Source: Flavobacteriaceae bacterium | Lineage (GTDB): Bacteria > Bacteroidota > Bacteroidia > Flavobacteriales > Flavobacteriaceae | Assembly (NCBI GenBank): GCA_965224465.1 | Contig: OZ245049.1 | Span: 4,770,001 to 4,802,000, forward strand | Reading direction: 5' to 3' | Length of the DNA stretch: 32,000 nt | Shown here: positions 6,894-15,545 of the stretch, piece after piece | How the letters are laid out: each line of letters opens with the position of its first letter | Position numbering within the stretch: the first letter of the stretch is position 1 | Position numbers and translations under genes: made by a program | Notes under the pieces: generated by a model | Told to the model about the DNA's origin: nothing | Databases searched by the model: none | Seen by the model: the letters and a program-made list of their open reading frames with translations, nothing else

Positions 6894-8182
6894 TGTCTTA
6901 TTATTTTAAGTTCGGAACTGTTTTTTGGTTGGAATAAGTAATAATCATGTGCTGAACTAAATTTTTTACCTGTTAATACGAGCATGTTGTTTCTGTCTAA
7001 AGCCTTTGCTTTTATTAATTTACCTGTATTATTATACTCTATTTTGAAATTTTGTGAAATCGTATACTTATATGTTGAGTTAAAACACGCTAGCCAACGA
7101 ATCCAATTCTCAACAAAAAAATTGTAATCTGTATTTTGAATTGATTGGTTTTCTTCTAAAACCATTGTATATAATAAATTATTAATTCCTTGTTCGTCTT
7201 TTGCTAAAACAAGTTCTCCAATTTTTTTGTAAAGCGCTGAAACTTTTCTTTTCAAATCCTTGTTGTTCCGTAAATCTATTCCGTTAGACCAAGCTTTAGG
7301 AATATTTAATTTGGGTGTAAAATTAATTTCGAAGTGTTCTTTCTTTTTTCTATACAATGAAGAAATCATGGAATAATAAGTAGTGCCTCTTGTTTTTTCG
7401 ATATTATTGTATGTTGTACTTCCAACAGAAGCTATTACCTCTTCAGTAGTTGTATTTATTAATTTAGCTTTAAAAGAATGATCTTTCATAAAAGTATTTC
7501 CTTTTATTGGAGAGATAATTATTTTTAAAGAAATAGGTGTGTCATTTAAGATGAAACGATTAATTGAAACGAGGTAATAATCATTATCAATTCTAATTTT
7601 GTTTAAAAACACTTTGTAATTACAACCATAATTACTTATGTTTAGCATATAATTGGGTTCGTTTTTAAAAACTTTAATCTCTTTATGAATATTAGCTAAA
7701 GGAATATCATATGTTTGATTAAAAGTAATGTCAAGTGTAGCTGTATCACGTTCTCCAATTTTAGCAAGATTATTTCCTGCTGCTAAATTGAGGTTCAGTT
7801 TTAGATTTTCTTGTTCGTTATCCCATTTAAACTCATTTTTACTAATGGAGTAACCTTTGCTGTAAGAGCCGAATCCTTTGTGGGTTTCTATTGATTCTAA
7901 TATTTTTTTTGCTGAAAAATTTATAGTATCAGTATGTAGCGTTATTTCTGCATCATTCAATATTGCTTTTGAAATTGGGACGTCATTATAAAACATGCCT
8001 TTTAAAGTTAATTCTTTATACAGAAATGAACTATCTATTTCAATTCCATTATTTCTCATTTCAGCTAACAATGCATTATAATCTTCTGTAGAATGGATTG
8101 TGCCAAAATCATATTTTTCACCTGAATTACAAGATGTCAAACAAAAAACTAGGATTGTTAAGCTAATTATTTTTAATTTCAT
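6890..8182 (-). CDS. Lipoprotein, function unknown
   Basis: The internal start MKLKIISLTILVFCLTSC (lipobox) is preferred over the ORF-track start at 8230. I recognise no domain. Confidence 0.65.
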   Translation of the reverse strand: MKLKIISLTILVFCLTSCNSGEKYDFGTIHSTEDYNALLAEMRNNGIEIDSSFLYKELTLKGMFYNDVPISKAILNDAEITLHTDTINFSAKKILESIETHKGFGSYSKGYSISKNEFKWDNEQENLKLNLNLAAGNNLAKIGERDTATLDITFNQTYDIPLANIHKEIKVFKNEPNYMLNISNYGCNYKVFLNKIRIDNDYYLVSINRFILNDTPISLKIIISPIKGNTFMKDHSFKAKLINTTTEEVIASVGSTTYNNIEKTRGTTYYSMISSLYRKKKEHFEINFTPKLNIPKAWSNGIDLRNNKDLKRKVSALYKKIGELVLAKDEQGINNLLYTMVLEENQSIQNTDYNFFVENWIRWLACFNSTYKYTISQNFKIEYNNTGKLIKAKALDRNNMLVLTGKKFSSAHDYYLFQPKNSSELKIIRQ

Positions 8183-8636
8183 ATAAAGTGATTTCAATTT
8201 TATTAATTTTTTTAAATTCATCTTTTTCATTGTTTTCTATGTCTAAAAAAATCGTTTTCAAGTCCGTTTTCCAAATCAAATTGTTGTGCCTATTTTTTTT
8301 AGACTCACCATATAATTCTGTTAATTTTTTAATAAATAATTGAGTTTCTTCTATATTATTAAAAGGAGTAATACTTATTTCTTTGTCTCCTTTCCAATTG
8401 GTTGAAAATTCTACTTTCTCAACAGTGATCCCGTGAAATTTTAAAAAGCGTTCATCCTCAAATAAATAATCTCCAGAGTCTCCATATTTTTTTCTGATTT
8501 TAAGGCCTTTAAAAAATGATTTTATATTCGTTTCGTAAGTTATTTCCTCTAAATTTCTAACAAGTCCTTTATAGTCTATCTGCGAAAAAGCAGCATTATA
8601 AACTAACAAGAATAATAGAATTGTACTTTTTTTCAT
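8163..8636 (-). CDS. Small secreted protein, function unknown
   Basis: The start MKKSTILLFLLVYNAAFSQ (signal peptide) is preferred over 8672. It overlaps the next gene by 20 nt. Confidence 0.6.
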   Translation of the reverse strand: MKKSTILLFLLVYNAAFSQIDYKGLVRNLEEITYETNIKSFFKGLKIRKKYGDSGDYLFEDERFLKFHGITVEKVEFSTNWKGDKEISITPFNNIEETQLFIKKLTELYGESKKNRHNNLIWKTDLKTIFLDIENNEKDEFKKINKIEITLYEIKNN

Positions 8637-9042
8637 AATATATTTATTGATTTTTTTTAAATAATGAGTCAATTGTTTCTGTTTTTACTGGTTTTTTTTG
8701 CTTGTTTATTTTTTTTCTAATGCTTCCTATACGTTGTGATAAGCACAGTATGGACTATAGAGATTCGGAGTATTTAGATAAGAACTAGCAAAGCTTTTGT
8801 TTGTTTAACTTTCTTTCTCAGAAAAATAAAAGAGACTTTGTTAGGTACAGCTACCGTTTAATGGTCTGCAATTATTCCGTTTCCAATTTTGTGACTTTTT
8901 CGCTTTGTTTTCATAGTTGTTAAATACCCTTTATGTGGTCAATGTAGTATTAATTTTTTACTTTTCTTACTTTCAGTATTTTATTCGTTGGTTTGATATT
9001 CTTTTAGGTAATTCGTTTGGTTTTTAGAGTCTTGTTGTGGCA

Positions 9043-9207
9043 CGAGTAACCTCCATAGCTTCTGCATTAATGTATCGTGTGACAACAATGAGTAAGCCAT
9101 GCAGTTATTTGTTTTTTATATAGTATTGTAATGGGTAAAAAGAGTTCATATTAGGGGTCTTAAGCTGCTATGATTATACGATAGAATCGTGAGAGAGCAA
9201 GGGTCTT
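9043..9207 (+). repeat. Intergenic repeat family B, copy B2
   Basis: See B1. The long-range helix is kept as 9073..9082 with 9174..9183, where two C-to-T changes give G-U pairs on the plus-strand RNA only. Confidence 0.8.
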
Positions 9208-9244
9208 AGACCTTACATTAAATAGCTCTAGGTAGAAAACATAT

Positions 9245-9276
9245 AAAAAGTGCAGGCCACAGAGCCTGCACTTTTT
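9245..9276. terminator. Bidirectional intrinsic terminator after the fucosidase gene
   Basis: AAAAA-GTGCAGGC-cacaga-GCCTGCAC-TTTTT. Confidence 0.75.
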
Positions 9277-9300
9277 ATAATGTTAAAAAATAGCACTTAT

Positions 9301-11118
9301 TTATTGCTTTAAGTAGTCTTTAATTTTAAATACCCAGGCAGCATTGCTTGGCATTTGGTTATAGGAAACAGCATTTAAATAAATATGCAGTCTATTTTTT
9401 TTGAATTTCCATTTTAAATTTCCTTTTCTTCCTAGTAAAGATATTTTTGTGTTTTTGGAAGGCTTTGGAACGTTCAATACCAACACTTCATTTTCTGGCC
9501 ACTCCAAAGAAATTGCGTATAAATTATTATTGTTAGTGGTGTAAGCAATATGTTGTATCATAGAGTTATATGTTCCTTTTAGTCCTTTTTTACTGTCTTT
9601 TTTATCAGTTAAACTAAAGGCACTTGCAGGAATGGCTTGTTTCTCTTGACTGTTGCTTTTCCAATATAAATGAGCAAAAGCATTTTGTCTAGATTCAAAA
9701 TAAGCTACTTTTATACTGTATTTCTTCCCTTTTATTAGGGTGATGGTATTGCTGGCTTTTTCTGTGTTTACATTATTCATCACATTGCCTTCAAACTCTT
9801 GATCTTTGTTTTTCCATTGGTCTAGCACGAGTTTTCCATCAATATACACGCGGATTCCATCATCTGCTTTGGCTTCTAAAGTGTATGTTTCAGAAAAATT
9901 TGGAGTGATAAATCCTTCCCAATTTACATTAAAATGATCTTCTTTGATAGGTTTTAAAGGTGTGTTTCTAGCCCAGTAAAAATCGATATTGGCATCAATT
10001 CTAGTTTTGGTGATTTTCTTTTCTTCTCCAAATCTTATCCAAGGTCTGGAGGCGTAGATAGCTTCTTCGTTGATTTTAATCCATGTTCCTAACTGAATCA
10101 AACGTTCTTGTTGTAATAACGGAATTTGTCCATCAGCTTTTGGACCAACATTCAGAGTAATTCCTCCTCCGTTCCCTACGGCTTTGGCAAAAAAGTGAAT
10201 CAGATCTTTTGGAGTCATGTAGGCATCTAGTGCTTCGTTTCGGTTCAATCCAAAAGAACGTCCTATTCCTCGGCATTCTGCCCAAGGTCTATCAGGGCTA
10301 TTTATTCCTGCGCTGTATTCGGGAGTTAAAAAACCAGTATCACTTCCGCTTCCCCATCTGTTATTTACAATGGCGTCTTTTCCTACAGTATTGTAATACC
10401 AAGAGATGAGTTCTTTTGCATGCCAATCTTCTGCAGAGTTAAACCATTCTCCATCGGTAAAAACTACGGAAGGTTTGTAGGTACTGATAAGGTCTTTAAA
10501 TTGCGGAATCATTATTTTGTCTACATAATCCTTTATTTTCTCATTTGGATCTGTATACCATCGATGTAGTTTATTATTCCATTCAGGCAAGGAATAGTAC
10601 AAGCCCATTTTCAATCCTTTTTTACGCACGGCTTTGGTTAAGTCTCCAACTAAATCTCGTTTAGGCCCCACGTCTACGGAGTTCCAACCGGGGGCTTGTT
10701 TACTTGGCCATAAGCAATATCCATCGTGATGTTTAGATACGAGCAATACATATTTTGCGCCTGCTTTCTCAAACAAATCTGCCCATTCGTCTGGGTTGAA
10801 TAATTCTGCCTTGAACAAGGGGGCGAAATCTCTGTAGGTGAAATCCTTTCCGTAATTTTTTTTCATAAAATTGGTACGTAGAGAGTCTTTCATCTGGATG
10901 CCTCTTAAAAACCATTCTCCATAGGATTCTTTTCCTCCATAGGAAGGTACAGAATACAATCCCCAGTGAATAAATATTCCGAGTTTGGCATCTTTAAACC
11001 ATTGTGGATATTCTCTTCCGTTGATGGATTCCCATGTTGGTTCAATTTTTTCTTGAGCAAATGAGGAACTGAATAAGAGTATTGTTAGTAAAAATAGAAG
11101 GCTGCATTTTTTATTCAT
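9301..11118 (-). CDS. Alpha-L-fucosidase (GH29) with C-terminal PA14-like domain
   Basis: GH29-like N-terminal region (EPTWESINGREYPQWFKDAKLGIFIHWGLYSVP, LVSKHHDGYCLWPS). The C-terminus has a PA14-like segment, NWEGFITPNFSETYTLEAKADDGIRVYIDGKLV. The signal-peptide start MNKKCSLLFLL is preferred. Confidence 0.85.
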   Translation of the reverse strand: MNKKCSLLFLLTILLFSSSFAQEKIEPTWESINGREYPQWFKDAKLGIFIHWGLYSVPSYGGKESYGEWFLRGIQMKDSLRTNFMKKNYGKDFTYRDFAPLFKAELFNPDEWADLFEKAGAKYVLLVSKHHDGYCLWPSKQAPGWNSVDVGPKRDLVGDLTKAVRKKGLKMGLYYSLPEWNNKLHRWYTDPNEKIKDYVDKIMIPQFKDLISTYKPSVVFTDGEWFNSAEDWHAKELISWYYNTVGKDAIVNNRWGSGSDTGFLTPEYSAGINSPDRPWAECRGIGRSFGLNRNEALDAYMTPKDLIHFFAKAVGNGGGITLNVGPKADGQIPLLQQERLIQLGTWIKINEEAIYASRPWIRFGEEKKITKTRIDANIDFYWARNTPLKPIKEDHFNVNWEGFITPNFSETYTLEAKADDGIRVYIDGKLVLDQWKNKDQEFEGNVMNNVNTEKASNTITLIKGKKYSIKVAYFESRQNAFAHLYWKSNSQEKQAIPASAFSLTDKKDSKKGLKGTYNSMIQHIAYTTNNNNLYAISLEWPENEVLVLNVPKPSKNTKISLLGRKGNLKWKFKKNRLHIYLNAVSYNQMPSNAAWVFKIKDYLKQ

Positions 11119-11186
11119 AATTGTATGGATTGAAGGGTAAAGATACATTAGAAAAAGGGCTTGGGGATTATATTTTCTCTAAACAA

Positions 11187-11328
11187 CCTAGTGTTAGGGG
11201 TGAAGGGGGTTTTTTAATTTTAGCTAGGCGAAAAATGGATGGATAGCCTTCGCTATCGTTCTGTTTTTCAACAACGCTAGCACGTAAAACAAACTCTTTA
11301 TATCGGTGTTTTTGGATTGTAATTGGTA
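11187..11328 (+). repeat. Intergenic repeat family A, copy A2
   Basis: See A1. It ends in GATTGTAATTGGTA (11315..11328). Confidence 0.8.
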
Positions 11329-11411
11329 GTAACTGTTTATAGGAGTAGGACAATTATTAGTGTATAAAATAATGTGTGATTACTAAAGTTATTTGTTGAA
11401 ATAACATCCCT

Positions 11412-11461
11412 AAAAAAAAGAGGCCTCTTATCAAATAAATTATGATAAGGACCTCTTTTTT
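11412..11461 (-). terminator. Intrinsic terminator after the response-regulator gene
   Basis: Imperfect hairpin AGAGGCCTCTTATCA / TGATAAGGACCTCT flanked by A8 and T5 runs. Confidence 0.65.
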
Positions 11462-11525
11462 AATAATGTTAAGAAATTGTCTCGAAGAGATGGTTCTTTT
11501 GAGTGGGGCAATAACCAACAATCAA

Positions 11526-12689
11526 TTATTTTGTTGCAAACATTTTTACATCTGCTTCACTCACTTTTTTTCCGCCTAAAATCAGTAAGCGTTCTATTAC
11601 ATTTCTAAGCTCACGGATATTCCCTGTCCAATCGTATGATTTTAATTTTTCTAAGGCGCCTTCTGTAAATACTTTGGTCGCAGTTCCATGTTCATTTGCA
11701 ATTTGTTTAGCAAAAAAATCGACAAGCAAAGGGATGTCCTCTCTTCGATCATTCAACGCGGGAACTTTTATTAAGATTACTGCCAATCTGTGGTATAAAT
11801 CTTCTCTAAATCTACCTTGTTCAATTTCGTAGGTCAAGTCTTTATTAGTGGCTGCTACAATACGGACATTTACTTTAATATCCTTGTCAGATCCTACACG
11901 AGAGACTTTATTTTCCTGTAGGGCACGAAGTACTTTTGCTTGTGCAGAAAGACTCATATCTCCAATTTCATCTAAGAAAATAGTGCCTCCATTAGCAGCT
12001 TCAAATTTACCTGCTCTGTCTTTATTTGCGCCCGTAAAAGATCCTTTTACGTGTCCAAATAGTTCGCTTTCTATTAATTCTGAAGGAATAGCAGCACAGT
12101 TTACTTCGATCATTGGGGCTTTAACACGGTTGCTTTTTTCGTGTATCCAATGAGCTACAATCTCTTTACCTGTACCGTTAGGTCCTGTAATTAAAACACG
12201 GGCATCTGTAGGAGCTACCTTTTCTATCATGTCTTTGATTTGCGTAATGGCATCGCTTTCCCCAATCATTTGGTACTTTTTACTTACTTTTTTCTTGAGG
12301 CGTTTGTTTTCTACGAGTAGTTGTTTGCGATCTAGTGCATTGCGTACTGCATTTAATAAGCGGTTTAAATCTGGTGGTTTTGAGATATAGTCAAAAGCTC
12401 CCAGTCGCATGGTGTTTACCGCGGTATCTAGATCGCCATGACCAGAAATCATCACAAACGGAATTTCAGGTTTTAATTTTTTGATCCGCTCTAATACTTC
12501 CACGCCATCCATTTTTGGCATTTTTATATCGCATAATACCAAGTCAAAATCATTTTTAGTGATTTGTTCTATTCCGTCTAATCCATCAGATGCTTCAGAT
12601 ACAATATAAGTATCATTTTCTTCCGAAATAATTTTTGAAAGGACACGGCGAATGGCAGCTTCATCTTCAATAATTAATATATTACTCAT
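11526..12689 (-). CDS. Sigma-54-dependent response regulator (receiver plus AAA+ domains) lacking a C-terminal HTH
   Basis: Receiver domain (DLVLCDIKMPKMDG), Walker A (GPNGTGKE), ESELFGH, and the GAFTGA variant GSFTGA. The protein ends right after GNIRELRNVIERL.. at 387 aa. Confidence 0.85.
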   Translation of the reverse strand: MSNILIIEDEAAIRRVLSKIISEENDTYIVSEASDGLDGIEQITKNDFDLVLCDIKMPKMDGVEVLERIKKLKPEIPFVMISGHGDLDTAVNTMRLGAFDYISKPPDLNRLLNAVRNALDRKQLLVENKRLKKKVSKKYQMIGESDAITQIKDMIEKVAPTDARVLITGPNGTGKEIVAHWIHEKSNRVKAPMIEVNCAAIPSELIESELFGHVKGSFTGANKDRAGKFEAANGGTIFLDEIGDMSLSAQAKVLRALQENKVSRVGSDKDIKVNVRIVAATNKDLTYEIEQGRFREDLYHRLAVILIKVPALNDRREDIPLLVDFFAKQIANEHGTATKVFTEGALEKLKSYDWTGNIRELRNVIERLLILGGKKVSEADVKMFATK

Positions 12690-12701
12690 GTTTTTTTTTC
12701 T

Positions 12702-14021
12702 TTAATATTTCAACCATTTATACAAGTCTTTGTAGCTTGGCTTTTTACCGTACATTAAAATTCCAACGCGGTAAATTTTAGCCGCAAACCATACAATTCC
12801 GATAAATGTCACCAATAATAATGCCATAGATATTAGTAATTCATACCATGGAACTCCAAAAGGAATCCTCATCAACATTACAATAGGAGAGGTTAGGGGG
12901 AATATTGAAAATGCGACAGCAATAGACCCATGAGGGTTTTCAATAACACCAAATCCTACATAGATGGCAATCATTAGAGGAATCATTACAGGCATCATAA
13001 ACTGTTGTGTATCGGTTTCGTTATCCACTGCTGCTCCGATGGCTGCGTAGATAGAGCTATAGATGAGGTATCCACCAAAAAAGTAGACGATGAATGATAA
13101 AAACAACGTCATTAACGGTAGGTTTTTAATCTCTAATATCATGGCTTGGATATCGTTTGTGGCAGATTGTTGTACTTGATTTACCATTTCTTGTCCAGTC
13201 TGTATAGAAGGAGAACTAGCCATTAGGTCTACTCCGAAAAAGGATGATATAGCAATCATTAGTAAACTTGCCGAAATAATCCATATAATAAATTGTAGGA
13301 TTCCTGCAAAGGCATTTCCTAGGATTTTCCCCAACATCAGTTCAAAAGGTTTTACAGAAGAAATGATCACTTCTATGATGCGGCTTGTTTTTTCTTCAAT
13401 CACACTACGCATAACGGAAGTTCCATAAATAATGATAAACATAAATATGAGGTATCCAAAGGCGCCCCCTGCGATCATTTTTAAAATACTTCCCATTTTA
13501 GAAGATTTTTCACCAGCAAAAGTTTCGGTAGCAATGGCAACATCAGTTTCTGCTCCCTTAATTTTCTCTATGTCAAAATTGAGTTTTTCTATTTTTAAAT
13601 CACGAATTCTTCGTTCAATAACATATTCCAAGTCTTTTATAATGGTTAAGTTTGGAGCGTCTTCCGAATAGAAAGATATTCCTTTTGATAGATTTTCTAA
13701 TTGGTCGTTTTGAGGAATATAGATAAAACCATAATAGGACTCTAAGGTGATTTCTTTGGCTTTGTCAAAACCTAATTTTTCTAAATTAATATATTTTGTA
13801 AATTCATTGTCTTTAAAAATAGCACCTAATTGATGTGAATCATCAATATAACTAATGGTACGTATTTCCTCTGTGTTTTTAATATTTAGAAAAACGATGA
13901 GTGACATCATTCCGACCATAAGAAGCGGACTTAGAATGGTCATTACGATAAAGGATTTGTTTTTAACTTTGGCTAAAAACTCTCTTTTGATGATGAGTGA
14001 TAATTTATTCATTGTTTTCAA
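12702..14021 (-). CDS. ABC-2 type exporter permease (NatB-like)
   Basis: 439 aa: one N-terminal TM segment, a large loop, then a C-terminal cluster of TM segments. Its start overlaps the ATPase gene by 17 nt. Confidence 0.75.
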   Translation of the reverse strand: MKTMNKLSLIIKREFLAKVKNKSFIVMTILSPLLMVGMMSLIVFLNIKNTEEIRTISYIDDSHQLGAIFKDNEFTKYINLEKLGFDKAKEITLESYYGFIYIPQNDQLENLSKGISFYSEDAPNLTIIKDLEYVIERRIRDLKIEKLNFDIEKIKGAETDVAIATETFAGEKSSKMGSILKMIAGGAFGYLIFMFIIIYGTSVMRSVIEEKTSRIIEVIISSVKPFELMLGKILGNAFAGILQFIIWIISASLLMIAISSFFGVDLMASSPSIQTGQEMVNQVQQSATNDIQAMILEIKNLPLMTLFLSFIVYFFGGYLIYSSIYAAIGAAVDNETDTQQFMMPVMIPLMIAIYVGFGVIENPHGSIAVAFSIFPLTSPIVMLMRIPFGVPWYELLISMALLLVTFIGIVWFAAKIYRVGILMYGKKPSYKDLYKWLKY

Positions 14022-14934
14022 CTGCTTTAATAAATATGTCGCTTGCGCTTGGTATGATTTCTGTAAAATGGGTGACTTGAGAATGTTGGTTTAAAAACTG
14101 CAAGAGATCTTTAGAACTGTCCTCCTTTTTTAGAGAGATGTTTAGTTTGAGATCTTGTTCCAAAGATTTGAATGTTGCAGGAGCTAAAGTAAAGCGTTCT
14201 TTAAGTTGTTGCATTAAGGATTCTTGATCATCACTTTGCAATCCGACTTCAAAAGAATGGGTTTTAAATTCGCGTTTAATGTCATCCAATTTTCCGTCTA
14301 ATATTTTATTCGATTTGTCTATTAATGCGATATGATCACACAACTCTTCTACAGATTCCATACGGTGGGTAGAAAAAATAACAGTTGCGCCTTCTTCCTT
14401 TAATTGTAGAATTTCATCTTTAATTAAATTGGCATTGATAGGATCAAAACCACTAAAAGGTTCATCGAAAATTAATAATTTTGGTTGGTGCATTACGGTC
14501 ACAATAAATTGTACTTTTTGTGCCATTCCCTTGGAAAGTTCTTGTACTTTTTTATCCCACCAAGAACCGATATCAAATTTATCAAACCAATACTTCAACC
14601 TTTTTTTAGCTTCCAACTTGCTCATACCTTTAAGTTGTGCCAAGTATATAGCTTGTTCACCAACTTTCATGTTTTTATACAAACCACGTTCCTCAGGTAA
14701 GTATCCTATTTGTGATATATGTTCAGGTTTGAGAGGTTCGCCATCCAAAAGTATTTCCCCTTGATCTGGCATTATTATTTGGTTAATAATTCTTATGAGC
14801 GTTGTTTTACCCGCTCCGTTAGGTCCTAATAACCCGAAAATACTCTGGTTAGGAATGGATATAGATACATTGTTTAAAGCTTTAAAGTCTCCATAACTCT
14901 TGCTTATATTTTTAACTTCTAATAAGTCATTCAT
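14005..14934 (-). CDS. ABC transporter ATP-binding protein (NatA-like)
   Basis: Walker A GPNGAGKTT, signature LSKGMAQK, Walker B LLIFDEP. Confidence 0.9.
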   Translation of the reverse strand: MNDLLEVKNISKSYGDFKALNNVSISIPNQSIFGLLGPNGAGKTTLIRIINQIIMPDQGEILLDGEPLKPEHISQIGYLPEERGLYKNMKVGEQAIYLAQLKGMSKLEAKKRLKYWFDKFDIGSWWDKKVQELSKGMAQKVQFIVTVMHQPKLLIFDEPFSGFDPINANLIKDEILQLKEEGATVIFSTHRMESVEELCDHIALIDKSNKILDGKLDDIKREFKTHSFEVGLQSDDQESLMQQLKERFTLAPATFKSLEQDLKLNISLKKEDSSKDLLQFLNQHSQVTHFTEIIPSASDIFIKAVENNE

Positions 14935-15058
14935 ATCAAATTTTAATTTTAACTCCCAAATATACAGTTTTGTGAATTATCTTTTCCATATTTTAACGGT
15001 TTCCATGTTTTTTTTTGAGTTTTTTTGATTTTGCTATGCGTGCATAATATATTTTTTC

Positions 15059-15066
15059 TATATTTG
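15059..15066 (+). promoter_or_regulatory. Bacteroidota -7 promoter box TATATTTG, 4 nt upstream of the marR ATG
   Basis: Matches the TAnnTTTG consensus. The spacing implies a leaderless or near-leaderless transcript. Confidence 0.45.
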
Positions 15067-15070
15067 AAAA

Positions 15071-15511
15071 ATGCAAAAAGACAAAACGATAGATCATGTG
15101 CTACGCGCAACATGGCAAGGTATCGCAAAAATGTACAACGAGGAGGCTGCAAAACACGGCAGTACGATGGCAACAGCCTTTGTGCTTTTAAATATAGATT
15201 ATGAGCGAGGAACACCTTCTACAGCCTTAGGACCTCAGATGGGAATGGAGCCGACAAGTTTGTCTCGCATATTAAAAAACATGGAGAAGGCAGGTGCAAT
15301 TTACAGGGAGCGGAATCCAGAAGATGGGAGAAGTGTTCTGATAAAGTTGACGGAATACGGAAAGGAAAAGCGTGAAGTGTCAAAAGAAATTGTTATTAAG
15401 TTTAATCAATTGATTTTAGCAAATGTTTCAGAAGAACAGTTAAAACATTTTTTTGAAGTTACCGAGATTATCAATAAACTCATCAATCAAAAACAAATAT
15501 TTACAAGGTAA
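15071..15511 (+). CDS. MarR-family transcriptional regulator
   Basis: 146 aa with a winged-HTH region, TALGPQMGMEPTSLSRILKNMEKAGAIYRERNPEDGRSVLIKLT. Confidence 0.85.
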   Translation: MQKDKTIDHVLRATWQGIAKMYNEEAAKHGSTMATAFVLLNIDYERGTPSTALGPQMGMEPTSLSRILKNMEKAGAIYRERNPEDGRSVLIKLTEYGKEKREVSKEIVIKFNQLILANVSEEQLKHFFEVTEIINKLINQKQIFTR

Positions 15512-15545
15512 TATATATCGTATTATCTAACAAACCTTTTATTTT

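Noticed and set aside
6417-6909. Plus-strand ORFs 6417..6722 and 6640..6909, and the minus-strand ORF 5459..5647 in another frame of the same gene
   Set aside because: They lie entirely inside the 5085..6893 lipoprotein gene, antisense or out of frame. Their composition is low-complexity and AT-driven (F/I/K/L-rich), typical of shadow ORFs in low-GC DNA.
8884-8940. 18-codon minus-strand mini-ORF (MKTKRKSHKIGNGIIADH*) upstream of the three-gene cassette
   Set aside because: It is too short, has no repeat or conservation evidence within the window, and has no recognisable leader-peptide context.
4856-9207. Family B repeats as integron attC sites
   Set aside because: I could not find the RYYYAAC / GTTRRRY core sites at the element ends. 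The copies are conserved in primary sequence through their centre, unlike attC sites, and no integron integrase is in the window.
11168-11353. 61-aa minus-strand ORF over repeat A2, and the analogous 65-aa ORF 23558..23755 over A4
   Set aside because: The repeat copies do not keep a common reading frame. The two translations align only with a frame shift, and A1 and A3 contain stops. The conservation is therefore at nucleotide or structure level, not protein level.
10209-14764. Antisense ORFs 10209..10409, 11848..12153, 13432..13671, 13855..14094, 14429..14764 and 14485..14700
   Set aside because: All are embedded opposite well-supported genes (fucosidase, sigma-54 regulator, ABC permease and ATPase) and have no recognisable motifs.
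14935-15070. Strand switch at about 15 kb as a replication origin
   Set aside because: No DnaA-box cluster (TTATCCACA or its complement) and no dnaA or dnaN are nearby. A simple divergent promoter region between two operons explains the switch.
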